Made by a program: the position numbers and the translations under genes
The notes under the pieces: model-generated
Told to the model about the DNA's origin: nothing
What the model saw: only the letters and a program-made list of their open reading frames with translations
The model's database searches: none
Shown here: piece after piece, positions 30,807-40,821 of the stretch
Numbering within the stretch: position 1 is the stretch's first letter
How the letters are laid out: the number at the start of each line of letters is the position of its first letter
DNA from: an uncultured archaeon
GTDB taxonomy: Archaea > Thermoplasmatota > Thermoplasmata > Thermoplasmatales > Thermoplasmataceae
NCBI GenBank assembly: GCA_000965745.1
Contig: CP009479.1
Span: 2,016,001 to 2,080,000, forward strand
Direction: 5' to 3'
DNA: 64,000 nucleotides

Positions 30807-30877
30807 GACCCGTAGTGTAATGGATATCATTCAGGCCTCCGGAGCCTGCGATCCGGGTTCGAATCCCGGCGGGTTCA
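30806..30877 (+). tRNA. tRNA-Arg(CCG)
   Basis: GGACCCG/CGGGTTC acceptor, CAGGC CTCCGGA GCCTG anticodon arm, CCGGG TTCGAAT CCCGG; G1 is the G of the upstream TAG stop. Confidence 0.93.
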
Positions 30878-30958
30878 TATTATAGGCGCAAATCAACAAG
30901 TTAACCTGTTGAAACTGATAGAACTGTCTGGCAATCTTTATTTATCGATGTTCAATCG

Positions 30959-32299
30959 ATGATCATGTCGGAAATCAAGACCGTGAATCCATTCACTGAA
31001 GAAGTTCTGGAAACTTACAAAAGCGAGTCTCTTGAAGATATCCAGAGGAAGGTATCTTCGATAAGGGATGCACAGGCTGAATGGAAAAAGGATATAGAAG
31101 AAAGACTCAATTATTTCAAGAAAACTCTCAAGCCAAATTTTGAAAGGAACCAGGAAGAGCTTGCAAAGCTTATGACCAGTGAGATGGGAAAGCCCATATC
31201 CCAGAGCAGGGCTGAAGTAAAGAAGTCCATATCGCTTATAGACTACCTAATCGGGAATTCAAAGAATTTTCTTGAAAATGAGCAAATCGGGACTGAAGCA
31301 ATGGACAGCCATGTGAGATTTGACCCGCTTGGTGTCATAATGTCAATTGAACCATGGAATTTTCCTTCGTGGCAGGTAGTGAGGGCAGTGATGCCCGCAT
31401 TAATGTCAGGAAACGGCGTGATACTCAAGCATGCTTCGCAGGTCTCCGGAACCAGCCTGAAACTGAAGGAAATCTTTGACACCCCGTTGTTTGACTCAAC
31501 GATAACAAGGGGGGAGACTGCAACATCAGCGATAAAGTATGTCGACGGCATAGCTTTCACGGGATCGACTGAAGTGGGACAGAAAATAGCAGCTGAGGCT
31601 GGAAAGGAACTCAAGAAGGTGGTCATGGAGCTCGGTGGATCGGACCCATTCATAGTGATGAAATCAGCAGACTTGGATTATGCTGCAAAAAATGCCACTT
31701 TCGGCAGGCTTCAGAATAACGGGCAGAGCTGTATTGCGTCGAAACGGTTCATTGTACAGGAAGAAGTCTACAATGAATTTTATGAGAAGCTAAAGGATGA
31801 ATTCAGCAAGGTCCGGATTGGAGATCCAATGGATTCTGGAACGTTCCTCGGGCCATTGTCATCATCCTCGCAGAGAAGCACGGTGCTGAAGCAGGTGGAT
31901 GACCTGTCAGGCACATCGGAAATAGAGTATCTTGGTGAAAAGTCCGGAAACATAGTTCCTCCAACGTTAATCCGAACGGATGTTAGTTATCAGGACGAGA
32001 TATTCGGGCCGGTTGCAATTGTGAAAAAATTCAGGAAAGACTCAGAAGCCGTGAGGATGGCGAATGAGACGCCGTACGGCCTGGGTTCTTCTGTATGGGC
32101 AGACCCGGATGATGCAAGGGGCATTATCCCAGATATTAACGCCGGAATGGTATTTGTGAACAAAGTTGTATCTTCAGATCCAAGACTGCCTTTCGGAGGA
32201 GTGAAGAAGAGTGGGTTGGGCAGGGAGCTTTCAAGGTACGGATTGCTGGAATTCACAAACATAAAAACAGTATGGATTGATGGGAAGTCTGGAAACTAA
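30959..32299 (+). CDS. NAD(P)-dependent aldehyde dehydrogenase (succinate-semialdehyde DH-like)
   Basis: PWNFP, FTGS, MELGGSD, GQSCIA, EIFGP, PFGGVK.SG. Confidence 0.92.
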   Translation: MIMSEIKTVNPFTEEVLETYKSESLEDIQRKVSSIRDAQAEWKKDIEERLNYFKKTLKPNFERNQEELAKLMTSEMGKPISQSRAEVKKSISLIDYLIGNSKNFLENEQIGTEAMDSHVRFDPLGVIMSIEPWNFPSWQVVRAVMPALMSGNGVILKHASQVSGTSLKLKEIFDTPLFDSTITRGETATSAIKYVDGIAFTGSTEVGQKIAAEAGKELKKVVMELGGSDPFIVMKSADLDYAAKNATFGRLQNNGQSCIASKRFIVQEEVYNEFYEKLKDEFSKVRIGDPMDSGTFLGPLSSSSQRSTVLKQVDDLSGTSEIEYLGEKSGNIVPPTLIRTDVSYQDEIFGPVAIVKKFRKDSEAVRMANETPYGLGSSVWADPDDARGIIPDINAGMVFVNKVVSSDPRLPFGGVKKSGLGRELSRYGLLEFTNIKTVWIDGKSGN

Positions 32300-32390
32300 A
32301 GCATATTCGACCCCCTCATTCCTCCATATTCTGTGAATCCAAAACTACAAAAGTTCAAATTGCAATGTAGTTATCAGTGGTTGTGGCGAA

Positions 32391-32936
32391 ATGACTCAAA
32401 ATCAAGAAGTTGCGGTTCTTGGAGGCGGCTGTTTCTGGTGCACAGAGGCAGTCTTTCAGGAGATTGAAGGTGTGGTTGACGTGGACTCCGGATATGCCGG
32501 TGGCCATACTGAGAACCCTTCCTATGAGGAGGTATGCACAGGAAATACAGGACATGCCGAAGTGGTTAAGGTGACTTTTGATCCAGCGGTGATATCATAC
32601 AAGGACATTCTCGAGGTATTTTTTTCCATGCACGATCCAACCTCCCTCAACAGGCAGGGAAATGACATTGGCACTCAGTACAGGTCTGTCATCTTCTACA
32701 TGGATGAAGAACAGAAAAGAACAGCCGGGGAAAAAATATCTGAGATGGAACAGGGCGGCGAATACAAAAAACCAATAGTCACGGCAGTGGAAAAATTCAG
32801 TGAGTTCTACCAGTCTGAAAATTATCATAAAAACTACTTCAAGAACAATAGCAATGCAGCATACTGCAGGCTGGTCATATCACCAAAAGTGGAGAAGTTC
32901 AAAAAGGCACATACGGCAATCATCAGAAGGCCATAG
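32391..32936 (+). CDS. msrA: Peptide methionine sulfoxide reductase A
   Basis: GGCFWC, GYAGG, TGHAE, RQGND.GTQYRS. Confidence 0.97.
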   Translation: MTQNQEVAVLGGGCFWCTEAVFQEIEGVVDVDSGYAGGHTENPSYEEVCTGNTGHAEVVKVTFDPAVISYKDILEVFFSMHDPTSLNRQGNDIGTQYRSVIFYMDEEQKRTAGEKISEMEQGGEYKKPIVTAVEKFSEFYQSENYHKNYFKNNSNAAYCRLVISPKVEKFKKAHTAIIRRP

Positions 32937-33025
32937 CTAAATCAGTGTTTGCTACAAAAATGCGAGTCCCCATTCTGCCGGCAATTGCAGGATTTAGCCT
33001 GCCCTGAAAAGTGAGATTTCGAGGA

Positions 33026-33466
33026 TCAGAATTTCCTGCACTCCAGCAGTTCTCCCACAGCAAGTGCTGCAGGATAGAGTATGACCTCCTCTATCTCTAT
33101 ATGGTGCTTCAATTCCCCAATCAACTGTGAAATGTTCTTGTCTTCATGGCTGTATTCATCGTCAATCTCTGCTATCAGTTTATTCATCTGGGCGTGCTCA
33201 TTCAACATGTTGTCATATTCCTGCCTGAACCCATCCCATGCCCTTTGAATGTTCAGCACATCCAGGAGCCTCTTGCTCCCCTCTCTGCGAGACAGATAGT
33301 CAATAAGGGGAATCACAGTCTCTTCTTCCCTGTCAAGATGATAACTGAAAATTGTCAGGACATTTTCAAACAATCTCCCGAATCTGTCTGATCTGCCGGT
33401 AAGTGCCTGCATCTCTTCGAGAAGGTAGGTGTGTTCTCTATCAAGAAAAGACCTTCCACTTTTCAT
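33026..33466 (-). CDS. Hemerythrin-domain protein
   Basis: EH, H...EE, EH, HIEIEEVILYP. Confidence 0.8.
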   Translation of the reverse strand: MKSGRSFLDREHTYLLEEMQALTGRSDRFGRLFENVLTIFSYHLDREEETVIPLIDYLSRREGSKRLLDVLNIQRAWDGFRQEYDNMLNEHAQMNKLIAEIDDEYSHEDKNISQLIGELKHHIEIEEVILYPAALAVGELLECRKF

Positions 33467-33637
33467 GCTTACAATTATGATTTCGTGGATTTGTAGTTGA
33501 TCCCGTATATTTACGGTAATAATCTGTCGAAATAGTCATCCTGAAAACTAAAGATAAGTGGGATAATTCATCATAATCATGCACATAAAAGCAAATAATT
33601 CACAAAAATTCATTAGTAACTCAGTTTATCCAACCTC

Positions 33638-34204
33638 ATGGTCAAAGTCACGGACTCTATAAATGTGATAGTGAGGGAGAATCTCATCTATTCCCTGATG
33701 ATAAACAGCGGATTGGCCAACTACACGAGCCTGGCACGTAAGATCCAGAATCAGGTGGAATTTGTAACCGGAAAGAAGGTAAAAATCAACACGATAGTGA
33801 AGACGCTCACTTCGTACAGGTCAAAGGAAGTAGACTCCAACGCCATTGAAATACTCAAAAAATCCAACCTGTCCGTTGAATACAAGTATACCGAAGGTTA
33901 CTTTGACAGCATGAAAGAAGTGGGTGACAATGCAATGCTCGTTGTCCGGGAGGCAGGAAGATATAAGTGCATCATGAAATCTGACGACACAAATGACCTT
34001 GCAATGATTCGCATTATTCTTCCAAGTGAATCCGCAGGGGAACCGGGAATTACACTTCTTCTTACAGAATACCTGAACATTTTTGGGATTGATGTCAAGA
34101 ACATCTACAGGCTTGACACGGAGATCTGGCTTATCGTGAACGTTGATCAGGCAGGCCAGATCACCGACAGGATAAGCAAACTCCTGTATAGTTCAGAAAT
34201 GTGA
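33638..34204 (+). CDS. Putative regulator with ACT-like C-terminus (paralog of 16199-16810)
   Basis: GLANYTSLARKI N-terminus; EPG....L...GI ACT-like end. Confidence 0.7.
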   Translation: MVKVTDSINVIVRENLIYSLMINSGLANYTSLARKIQNQVEFVTGKKVKINTIVKTLTSYRSKEVDSNAIEILKKSNLSVEYKYTEGYFDSMKEVGDNAMLVVREAGRYKCIMKSDDTNDLAMIRIILPSESAGEPGITLLLTEYLNIFGIDVKNIYRLDTEIWLIVNVDQAGQITDRISKLLYSSEM

Positions 34205-34240
34205 ATTATAATCAGATTTATGAAAATATTATAAACAATT

Positions 34241-34254
34241 ATGTGATTTCACAT
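34241..34254. promoter_or_regulatory. Perfect palindrome in front of tauE-like gene
   Basis: ATGTGA-TT-TCACAT between the TTATAAA box and ATG 34264. Confidence 0.45.
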
Positions 34255-34263
34255 CGAAGTCCA

Positions 34264-35052
34264 ATGATTATAACCATAGCCCAGCTTGTTCTATCGATGA
34301 TTTCAGGTGTAGCAGTTGGTTTTACTCTGGGGCTTATCGGAGGCGGCGGATCAATTCTTGCAATACCCCTCCTCATTTATTTCGTTGGAATACACAACAC
34401 TCACCTGGCGATAGGAACAACTGCCCTTGCTGTGGGTGTAAATGCATATATCAACTTTTTTTCGCACAGGAAGCGTGTAAAGATCAAAATGAATGTGGGG
34501 ATAATATTCTCCCTCATTGGGGCAGCAGGGGTTCTATTGGGAACCACGATTGGGCTGTTAACAGAAAGCAGCCGCCTGCTTCTTCTTTTCTCTTTTCTCA
34601 TGATAGGAGTAGGATTTTTCATGTATATGGGAAAAAAAGGTCATTCAATTCACAAGGAGCCTCAACCAGAAAAAAAATTGAAGAAAAACCTGGGGAAAAT
34701 CAGCGGGTCCTCTTTGATGACAGGTTTTGCATCGGGGTTTTTCGGCATTGGGGGCGGTTTCCTGATCGTTCCTGCATTGATGTACTCCACGAAAATAAAC
34801 ATAAACGAAGCTATCGGTACATCCCTTCTCGTGGTGGGATCGTTCGGGATTCTTACTGCAATAAGGTATGGTATCGCAGGGAACCTGTTGTATTCAGTAT
34901 CCCTCTTCTACATTATTGGCGGGATTTTTGGCGGCATATTCGGTTCGAGAATTTCAACCGGGATGGATACATCCAGGCTGAAGAAACTCTTTTCCATTAT
35001 AATAATAATAGTGGGCATCTACGTTATGTTCAGGACATTGGGATTCCCATGA
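34264..35052 (+). CDS. Sulfite exporter TauE/SafE family
   Basis: GLIGGGGS..P, AIGT, GFFGIGGGFLIVP, AIGTSL; start moved to ATG 34264. Confidence 0.9.
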   Translation: MIITIAQLVLSMISGVAVGFTLGLIGGGGSILAIPLLIYFVGIHNTHLAIGTTALAVGVNAYINFFSHRKRVKIKMNVGIIFSLIGAAGVLLGTTIGLLTESSRLLLLFSFLMIGVGFFMYMGKKGHSIHKEPQPEKKLKKNLGKISGSSLMTGFASGFFGIGGGFLIVPALMYSTKININEAIGTSLLVVGSFGILTAIRYGIAGNLLYSVSLFYIIGGIFGGIFGSRISTGMDTSRLKKLFSIIIIIVGIYVMFRTLGFP

Positions 35053-35091
35053 GGCAAGGAGGGGGCGGAATGAGGAAAAGTGTCTTCCCCT

Positions 35092-35580
35092 CTACTCATC
35101 GTCTTCTATCATTTTCCCGTAGACGCTAACTACTTCCCTGTACCCGATTCCTTTGTAGAAGCCGAGAGCTATGAGGTTCAGCGAAGGAAATTCTGCAGTT
35201 ATGAGTCTTATCTTCCTTTCCTTCAGTATCCTGTACAGTTCATCCATAAGCAACTTGCCCGTATTCTTTCTCCTGTATTCGGGCATCACGTAGAATTCAA
35301 CGATTCTCGCCTCATACTTTGGCTTGTAGTACAGCCGTGTGTGTATGTCCACCTTGACAAGGCCAACTACCTTGGATCCTGCTTCTGCAACCAGCACTAT
35401 GTATCTGTCCCCGTCACTGAGCGCCTCATTCAAATGATCTCTGAAGTCGCTCTTGGACTCTTCCGCTACATTGAATATGCTGTCAAACTCAGCATTAAGC
35501 CTTTTCAGTCTTATTACCTGATCAAGAGCGGCATCCAGGTCCTCTGCTTTCATCCTTCTTATTACAATGTTTTCAGTCAT
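35092..35580 (-). CDS. GNAT acetyltransferase
   Basis: FYVMPEYRRKNTGK, N..ALGFYK.IGY; overlaps the malic enzyme stop. Confidence 0.88.
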   Translation of the reverse strand: MTENIVIRRMKAEDLDAALDQVIRLKRLNAEFDSIFNVAEESKSDFRDHLNEALSDGDRYIVLVAEAGSKVVGLVKVDIHTRLYYKPKYEARIVEFYVMPEYRRKNTGKLLMDELYRILKERKIRLITAEFPSLNLIALGFYKGIGYREVVSVYGKMIEDDE

Positions 35581-36922
35581 TCTTCCTTACCCCCGGTAAT
35601 GGTTTTACTAGATTCCTGTCAAGCAAATCCATGTAAATGTTTCTGTTTTCCTGTATAATCTCACTTGCTATATCAAAAAATTTCTGCTTAGTGCCGGTTT
35701 TTCTCGCCAGCTTCATTTCAACTGTTTTGGAAGCGACTGCTGACGCCACGCTGGGGTACAGCTCCCAATCTTCCATTGTGGGGACAATATTGTCTGGTGT
35801 CGGGTCCTCTATGAAGTTTGCAATCTCATTAGACGCTGCAACCATTACCTGAAAATTAACCCCTTTTGCGCGGGCGTCCAGAACACCACGGAAAACTCCG
35901 GGAAAAACCAGGCTGTTGTTAATCTGGTTTGGATAATCGCTCCTGCCCGTGGCAACAATTTTTGCACCGGACTCCTTTGCAGCATCAGGCCATATTTCCG
36001 GCACCGGGTTGGCAAGTGCGAAGACTATTCCATCCTTCTCCATGGCCTTGATCCAGTCACGCTTTATTGTATCTGGTCCCTGTTTGGCAGCCGATACAAC
36101 AACATCGCTACCTTTAATCGCCTCCGGGATGCCTCCTTTAACCCTGTCACCGTTGGTCTTGAGGGCGAGCTGGTATTTTAGGGGGTTGTTGATCATCAGA
36201 ACATCCATGTCTTCACGTTCGGGCTCAAGGATCCCCTTTGAGTCTACGAGTATTATGTTCTTTGGGTTGAAGCCCGCCGCATCCAGCAGGAATGCCGCAG
36301 CTATATTTGCTGCTCCAGCACCTACAAACGTGACCCTGGCGTCCTCCATCCTCTTGCCGACCAGCCTTAGAGAATTGATGAGCCCGGCAAGAATGATTGA
36401 GGCAGTACCGAGTTGGTCGTCGTGCCATACGGGTATGTTGAGTGCTTTCTGCAGGGTCTCGAGGATAGTAAAACACTTAGGAGACTCTATGTCTTCCAGA
36501 TTATAGCCGCCAAATGAAGGCTCAAGTGCTTTTGCTACCGAAATAAATTCCTCCTGGGACTTAACCCTGATCGGAATTGGGACAGCGTTTACTCCTCCGA
36601 AGAAGTTGAAGATCAGGGCCTTTCCCTCCATCACGGGCATAGCAGCTTCAGGGCCAACATGCCCAAGCCCGAGAACACGGGTTCCATCCGTCAGTATGGC
36701 AACCGAATTCCACCTTCCAGTCAATTCAAAGGACAGATCTTTATCTGAGGCTATTTTAGTTGAAACAGCTGCTATTCCAGGGGTGTACCAGTATGAAAAA
36801 TCATCCAGATGCCTTACGGGAACCTTGGGGACCACTCTCACCTTGCCTTTGTAATATTCTGAATACTCGATCGCGAGCTTATTGTATCTCTCTGTTCTCT
36901 CAAGGTCCTCCATGAAGCTCAT
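35573..36922 (-). CDS. NAD(P)-dependent malic enzyme
   Basis: YTPG, TDGTRVLGLG, PVMEGKA, NLEDI, HDDQLGTA, ANPVPEI, ATGRSDYPNQINN. Confidence 0.95.
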   Translation of the reverse strand: MSFMEDLERTERYNKLAIEYSEYYKGKVRVVPKVPVRHLDDFSYWYTPGIAAVSTKIASDKDLSFELTGRWNSVAILTDGTRVLGLGHVGPEAAMPVMEGKALIFNFFGGVNAVPIPIRVKSQEEFISVAKALEPSFGGYNLEDIESPKCFTILETLQKALNIPVWHDDQLGTASIILAGLINSLRLVGKRMEDARVTFVGAGAANIAAAFLLDAAGFNPKNIILVDSKGILEPEREDMDVLMINNPLKYQLALKTNGDRVKGGIPEAIKGSDVVVSAAKQGPDTIKRDWIKAMEKDGIVFALANPVPEIWPDAAKESGAKIVATGRSDYPNQINNSLVFPGVFRGVLDARAKGVNFQVMVAASNEIANFIEDPTPDNIVPTMEDWELYPSVASAVASKTVEMKLARKTGTKQKFFDIASEIIQENRNIYMDLLDRNLVKPLPGVRKND

Positions 36923-37082
36923 AGAGATATCGTTTCAATTCTAATAATATTTCCCGGAACTGTCTTACGGCTACACCTTGAGAATAATTAAATGAAACTC
37001 TCACGGAATTCTAATCAAGAGACCAGTTTGCACCTCGGCATAATAAAAAAAGTTGATATGCCGAAAAATGATGGGCCGTCAG

Positions 37083-38036
37083 ATGGAACTTGATAATGTG
37101 AAAATCAACTGGGCTCCCATTCTGGAGAGCCAGATCTCATCGCTGGAGGAAAAGTTCCCGGGAAGGGGAATAAGAGAAACCTTCAACAAGATAATCGAAG
37201 ACCTGAACGAAAACAGGATCAAATCCAGGCTGATTATGTCCAATAAGGAGCCGGCCGGTTATGCTTATTATGTCATGCCCGAGAGCATGACAGACAGAAT
37301 CCTTGGCAACGTTGGCTTTGTAGACGGTAAGTTTGCATCCGGGGAAAGGGCAGAAAATCTTCTGGGATGGCTTCTCAACGAGTCTAAGTCTATGGGCCGG
37401 TTCGCGATGATAAATGACATCTTCAACGGCACGGAAGAATCTTCAAGAGTTCTTGAAAAGATGGGATTTGGAAGGATGGAAAGGTCAATGATGGAGATTC
37501 CGCTGAAGGAAGTCCCGGAATCGGACCCTGTTGTCCCCGAAAGATACAGGGTTGAAAGCCTCAACAACATGAATATCGAGGAATATCTTTCTGCACAGAT
37601 CTCTGCCTACCAGGGGTCAGAAGATGAGCTGCTCTTCTCCACCAAAAAGGAAGAGCAGGTAGCTTTGGCAAGATCCATATTCGAAGGGAACTACGGAAGA
37701 GTTGTGACAGAAGTTTCAAGAATTGCACGCTACGATGGCAAGCTTATGGGTGCATGCATTGTGACATCCGGAAAATCGGGCACGGAAACGCCGGGGTATC
37801 CCCTCATAATAGATGTCTTTGTGGGGAAAGAACACAGGGGAAAAGGCATAGCCAGGGCAATGCTTCTTGAAACCCTCAGAAGAGCCAAGGTGGCAAACTT
37901 CAACACAATGTACCTGTGGGTGAACATGAAAAGCAAGGCTAGAGGCCTTTACGAGTCAATAGGTTTCATGGAGAGCAGTTTCCCGAGAGAAATTATTTAC
38001 TACGCCGGACTGGAGGCACAATCAGATGGCAACTGA
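37083..38036 (+). CDS. GNAT acetyltransferase (tandem, C-terminal domain intact)
   Basis: VFVGKEHRGKGIA, ARGLYESIGF; start moved to ATG 37083. Confidence 0.8.
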   Translation: MELDNVKINWAPILESQISSLEEKFPGRGIRETFNKIIEDLNENRIKSRLIMSNKEPAGYAYYVMPESMTDRILGNVGFVDGKFASGERAENLLGWLLNESKSMGRFAMINDIFNGTEESSRVLEKMGFGRMERSMMEIPLKEVPESDPVVPERYRVESLNNMNIEEYLSAQISAYQGSEDELLFSTKKEEQVALARSIFEGNYGRVVTEVSRIARYDGKLMGACIVTSGKSGTETPGYPLIIDVFVGKEHRGKGIARAMLLETLRRAKVANFNTMYLWVNMKSKARGLYESIGFMESSFPREIIYYAGLEAQSDGN

Positions 38037-38966
38037 AAGTGCGGTCAGCGCCAGGGGAATGATGTAGTTGTCATCCAGCGGATACTGCGTTGCGCTTTCA
38101 ACTATTGCCCCTACCAGTGCGTAAAGTATCCCCAGGTATCCTATGACAAAGAAGCCGAATACTGCAGAAAGTGCGAAAAGGGCCAGAAATCCACCCACTG
38201 ATTTCCTTTTGTTGAAGAACAGTGGCCATGTTTTCACATTCACACCTACAATTGTGGCAGCCGAATCTCCAATTACGAGAACAAATAGCACGATGTAGAG
38301 AACGCTCAGTGAATTTATTATGGCGAATGCAAGCAATATTCCAGATGCAAACCAGATTGAGCCTATCCCGAGAGGTGTATCCTCTCTTTCGAATGACCAC
38401 AGGAAATCGCCAATAAGATTCTTCCTGTGAAGGTAGAAATAATTCCCTACAGCATAGAGGACAAGTACGCTTACTGTTATCACAATTCGTGAGTTCTCAA
38501 CCCCCTCTATAAACAAAAGGGCAAGTATAAGGACTCCAACAACAGATTGGAGGTAGTCCCTGTAGATTTCCTTCTTTTTGATCTTCCCACGGCCTGAGTC
38601 GTTGTCATGGGTATAGGATTTAAGCCTCTTGTCAAACATCATCGTCAGTATTATCGCCGTGGAGATTGACACATCTATTGAAATCCATATGAGATCGGAC
38701 TGGAATTCATATCCTGCAAAAAGGACAATGGCCACTTCTGCGACGAATGCGCTGAAGAAAGTCTGGGTGTACATGTATGCGGCTGAAATCAGGGACAGTA
38801 TGTATACGGGAAAAACTATCAGGGAGTGGGCGAATAAAAAAATAACAAGGAGTACTGGAATTGAATATATATAAAGCCTTATAAATCTGGCCCTATCTTC
38901 AATAAGTGTTATTGAAACAGAAAGAACAGAAACTGCTATCCAGAGATATTGAAAATAGTCCAGCAA
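38022..38966 (-). CDS. Dolichol/phytol kinase-like membrane protein
   Basis: GDSAATIVG, KRKSVGG, LDDN..IP. Confidence 0.8.
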   Translation of the reverse strand: MLDYFQYLWIAVSVLSVSITLIEDRARFIRLYIYSIPVLLVIFLFAHSLIVFPVYILSLISAAYMYTQTFFSAFVAEVAIVLFAGYEFQSDLIWISIDVSISTAIILTMMFDKRLKSYTHDNDSGRGKIKKKEIYRDYLQSVVGVLILALLFIEGVENSRIVITVSVLVLYAVGNYFYLHRKNLIGDFLWSFEREDTPLGIGSIWFASGILLAFAIINSLSVLYIVLFVLVIGDSAATIVGVNVKTWPLFFNKRKSVGGFLALFALSAVFGFFVIGYLGILYALVGAIVESATQYPLDDNYIIPLALTALSVAI

Positions 38967-39047
38967 TTTATCTCGAAATCCTTACGTTTCTTGATATAAA
39001 AATCTATGGTGTAGCCGCACCTTGCACACCGTCTGAGAAGAAAGCAA

Positions 39048-39401
39048 TCACCTGATATACTCCACTAATGCTATGAGCCCTGCTATCAGAACTATAATGC
39101 TGGATATTACATAGAGTCCCCCAACAAAATAGAATCCAAGTACTGCGGAAACAATCAGCAGCACTCCCCCGATAGCGGCATCCCTTCTGGCGGTGCCGGC
39201 TGAAATTATCGAGAACAGGCCGAATACAATTCCCAGGATTCCGGAAATGAATGAGCCTACGGGGATGTAGTGAAACAGATGGACAAGTGTTGACACACTG
39301 GCGAAGAGCAGGTACAGAATACCAAGTATTACCCCTATCACTCCACCAAGATATCCGATTCTGGAACCACTTGGCGACCTTCTTGAACCTTTGCTAGCCA
39401 T
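39048..39401 (-). CDS. Small 4-TM membrane protein
   Basis: Gly-rich hydrophobic helices. Confidence 0.7.
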   Translation of the reverse strand: MASKGSRRSPSGSRIGYLGGVIGVILGILYLLFASVSTLVHLFHYIPVGSFISGILGIVFGLFSIISAGTARRDAAIGGVLLIVSAVLGFYFVGGLYVISSIIVLIAGLIALVEYIR

Positions 39402-39542
39402 CTTTCAGGAATGATCAGATGGATATAAAACACATTTGGTACAGATATCCAGAATTACATTAATTTCAACACTACAGATCAAATGGAAAATGGTGTAAGT
39501 ATATCTACTGAGTGTCGATAGGGACAGGCAGGGTGCAAACAG

Positions 39543-40109
39543 GTGAAAATAGTTTCATTTATAGGAGAAAGCCATAACAAAGTGAGTGATTACAGTATTC
39601 ACAAGCTCCTTGAACTTATTAAGGGCATGAAGCCCGCCAGGGTAATTATAACCATGGACCCCAACGCAGTTCAAACATCCGGCGGGTACTCTGAAAAGCT
39701 TAATGATATTACCAAAGACTCCAATATCTCCGGCCTCATAACGTTTGCCAACGCGGATGAAACAAAATATTACAGGAAGAGGGCCGAGTTCTTCGAAAAA
39801 TACGCCACATCAGCTGAAACAGTGGTAAAGAAAAACATACTCGAGATGATTGAGACTACAATACACTCTTACCTTGAAGGGTACTGGAAAGATTATGAAA
39901 CGGTGAACTCAGAGGTTACGGATGAACTGTTCAGGGCAAAACACAAGCTTATTTCATCAATGTTCTGGGAAGTGGAGCGGGAAACATGGAATGCTCTGCT
40001 TGAAGAAATGGCGGGCAACATCGAAAGCCTTTCCCCGGGGGCGGATGATGTCATACTCGTTGACGTTGAGAAAAGATACTGGCTTCTTGAGAGAATGGAA
40101 AACAACTGA
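39543..40109 (+). CDS. Hypothetical protein
   Basis: 188-aa ORF with normal codon pattern; function not recognised. Confidence 0.65.
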   Translation: MKIVSFIGESHNKVSDYSIHKLLELIKGMKPARVIITMDPNAVQTSGGYSEKLNDITKDSNISGLITFANADETKYYRKRAEFFEKYATSAETVVKKNILEMIETTIHSYLEGYWKDYETVNSEVTDELFRAKHKLISSMFWEVERETWNALLEEMAGNIESLSPGADDVILVDVEKRYWLLERMENN

Positions 40110-40192
40110 TCGTCACTCCATAAAGGTTTTTATGCAGAATCGCAATCAGAGGCAAAGTATATGTTCCAAGCAATGATGGAAGGTATAATAAA

Positions 40193-40570
40193 ATGACAAT
40201 ATTTCAGGGTAAAGGAAGAAAAAAGGAAACAGGCGGGAAACTGAAACAGTCCAGGGCAAAGAGAAGATATGAACTTGGCAGGGAGCCTACCATGACTAGA
40301 ATTGGTGAGGATTCACGCAAGGTTCAGAGAGGCTATGGAGGCAACACAAAGGCAATCCTCATGCTGGGATCAGAGGCAAACGTCTACGATCCGAAATCAA
40401 AGTCAACCAAAAAAGCAAAGATTGTTACTGTAAAGGAGAACCCAGCCAACCCGCACTATGTCCAGAGAAACATACTCAACAGGGGAACTGTGATTCGGAC
40501 TGAGGCTGGCGAGGCAAGGATAACATCAAGACCGGGCCAGGATGGCATAATTAACGCAGTTCTTCTATGA
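40193..40570 (+). CDS. rps8e: 30S ribosomal protein S8e
   Basis: TGGK....R.KR.YELGR, NPAN..Y..RNI...G, SRPGQDG. Confidence 0.97.
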   Translation: MTIFQGKGRKKETGGKLKQSRAKRRYELGREPTMTRIGEDSRKVQRGYGGNTKAILMLGSEANVYDPKSKSTKKAKIVTVKENPANPHYVQRNILNRGTVIRTEAGEARITSRPGQDGIINAVLL

Positions 40571-40821
40571 CCTTTACTTTGTATACTCAATATTTCAACC
40601 CTAAAATATCCCGCTCCAAGGGCAGGAGAATTAAGAAATCTGCAGCCGAGAATTTTACTGATCAGAAACTTCACGAAATCCTTAGATCCATCAACGCAAA
40701 ATATGAAATCAGGGATGCCAGGTACCCACGGGTTCCGTGGGAAGAGGCAAAAATGTTTGTAGTCGAGTCAAAACTCAAAAAGTCCACAGTCATTAAGATG
40801 ATTGAGAGAAAGCTGTCCTAA
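40567..40821 (+). CDS. srp19: Signal recognition particle protein SRP19
   Basis: LY.QYF....SRSKGRRI, YPR.PWE; usual position after rps8e. Confidence 0.9.
   Translation: MTFTLYTQYFNPKISRSKGRRIKKSAAENFTDQKLHEILRSINAKYEIRDARYPRVPWEEAKMFVVESKLKKSTVIKMIERKLS

Noticed and set aside
1590-30877. Clustering of three tRNA-Arg genes with argGH as an arginine island
   Set aside because: They are spread over 29 kb in unrelated contexts; chance is sufficient
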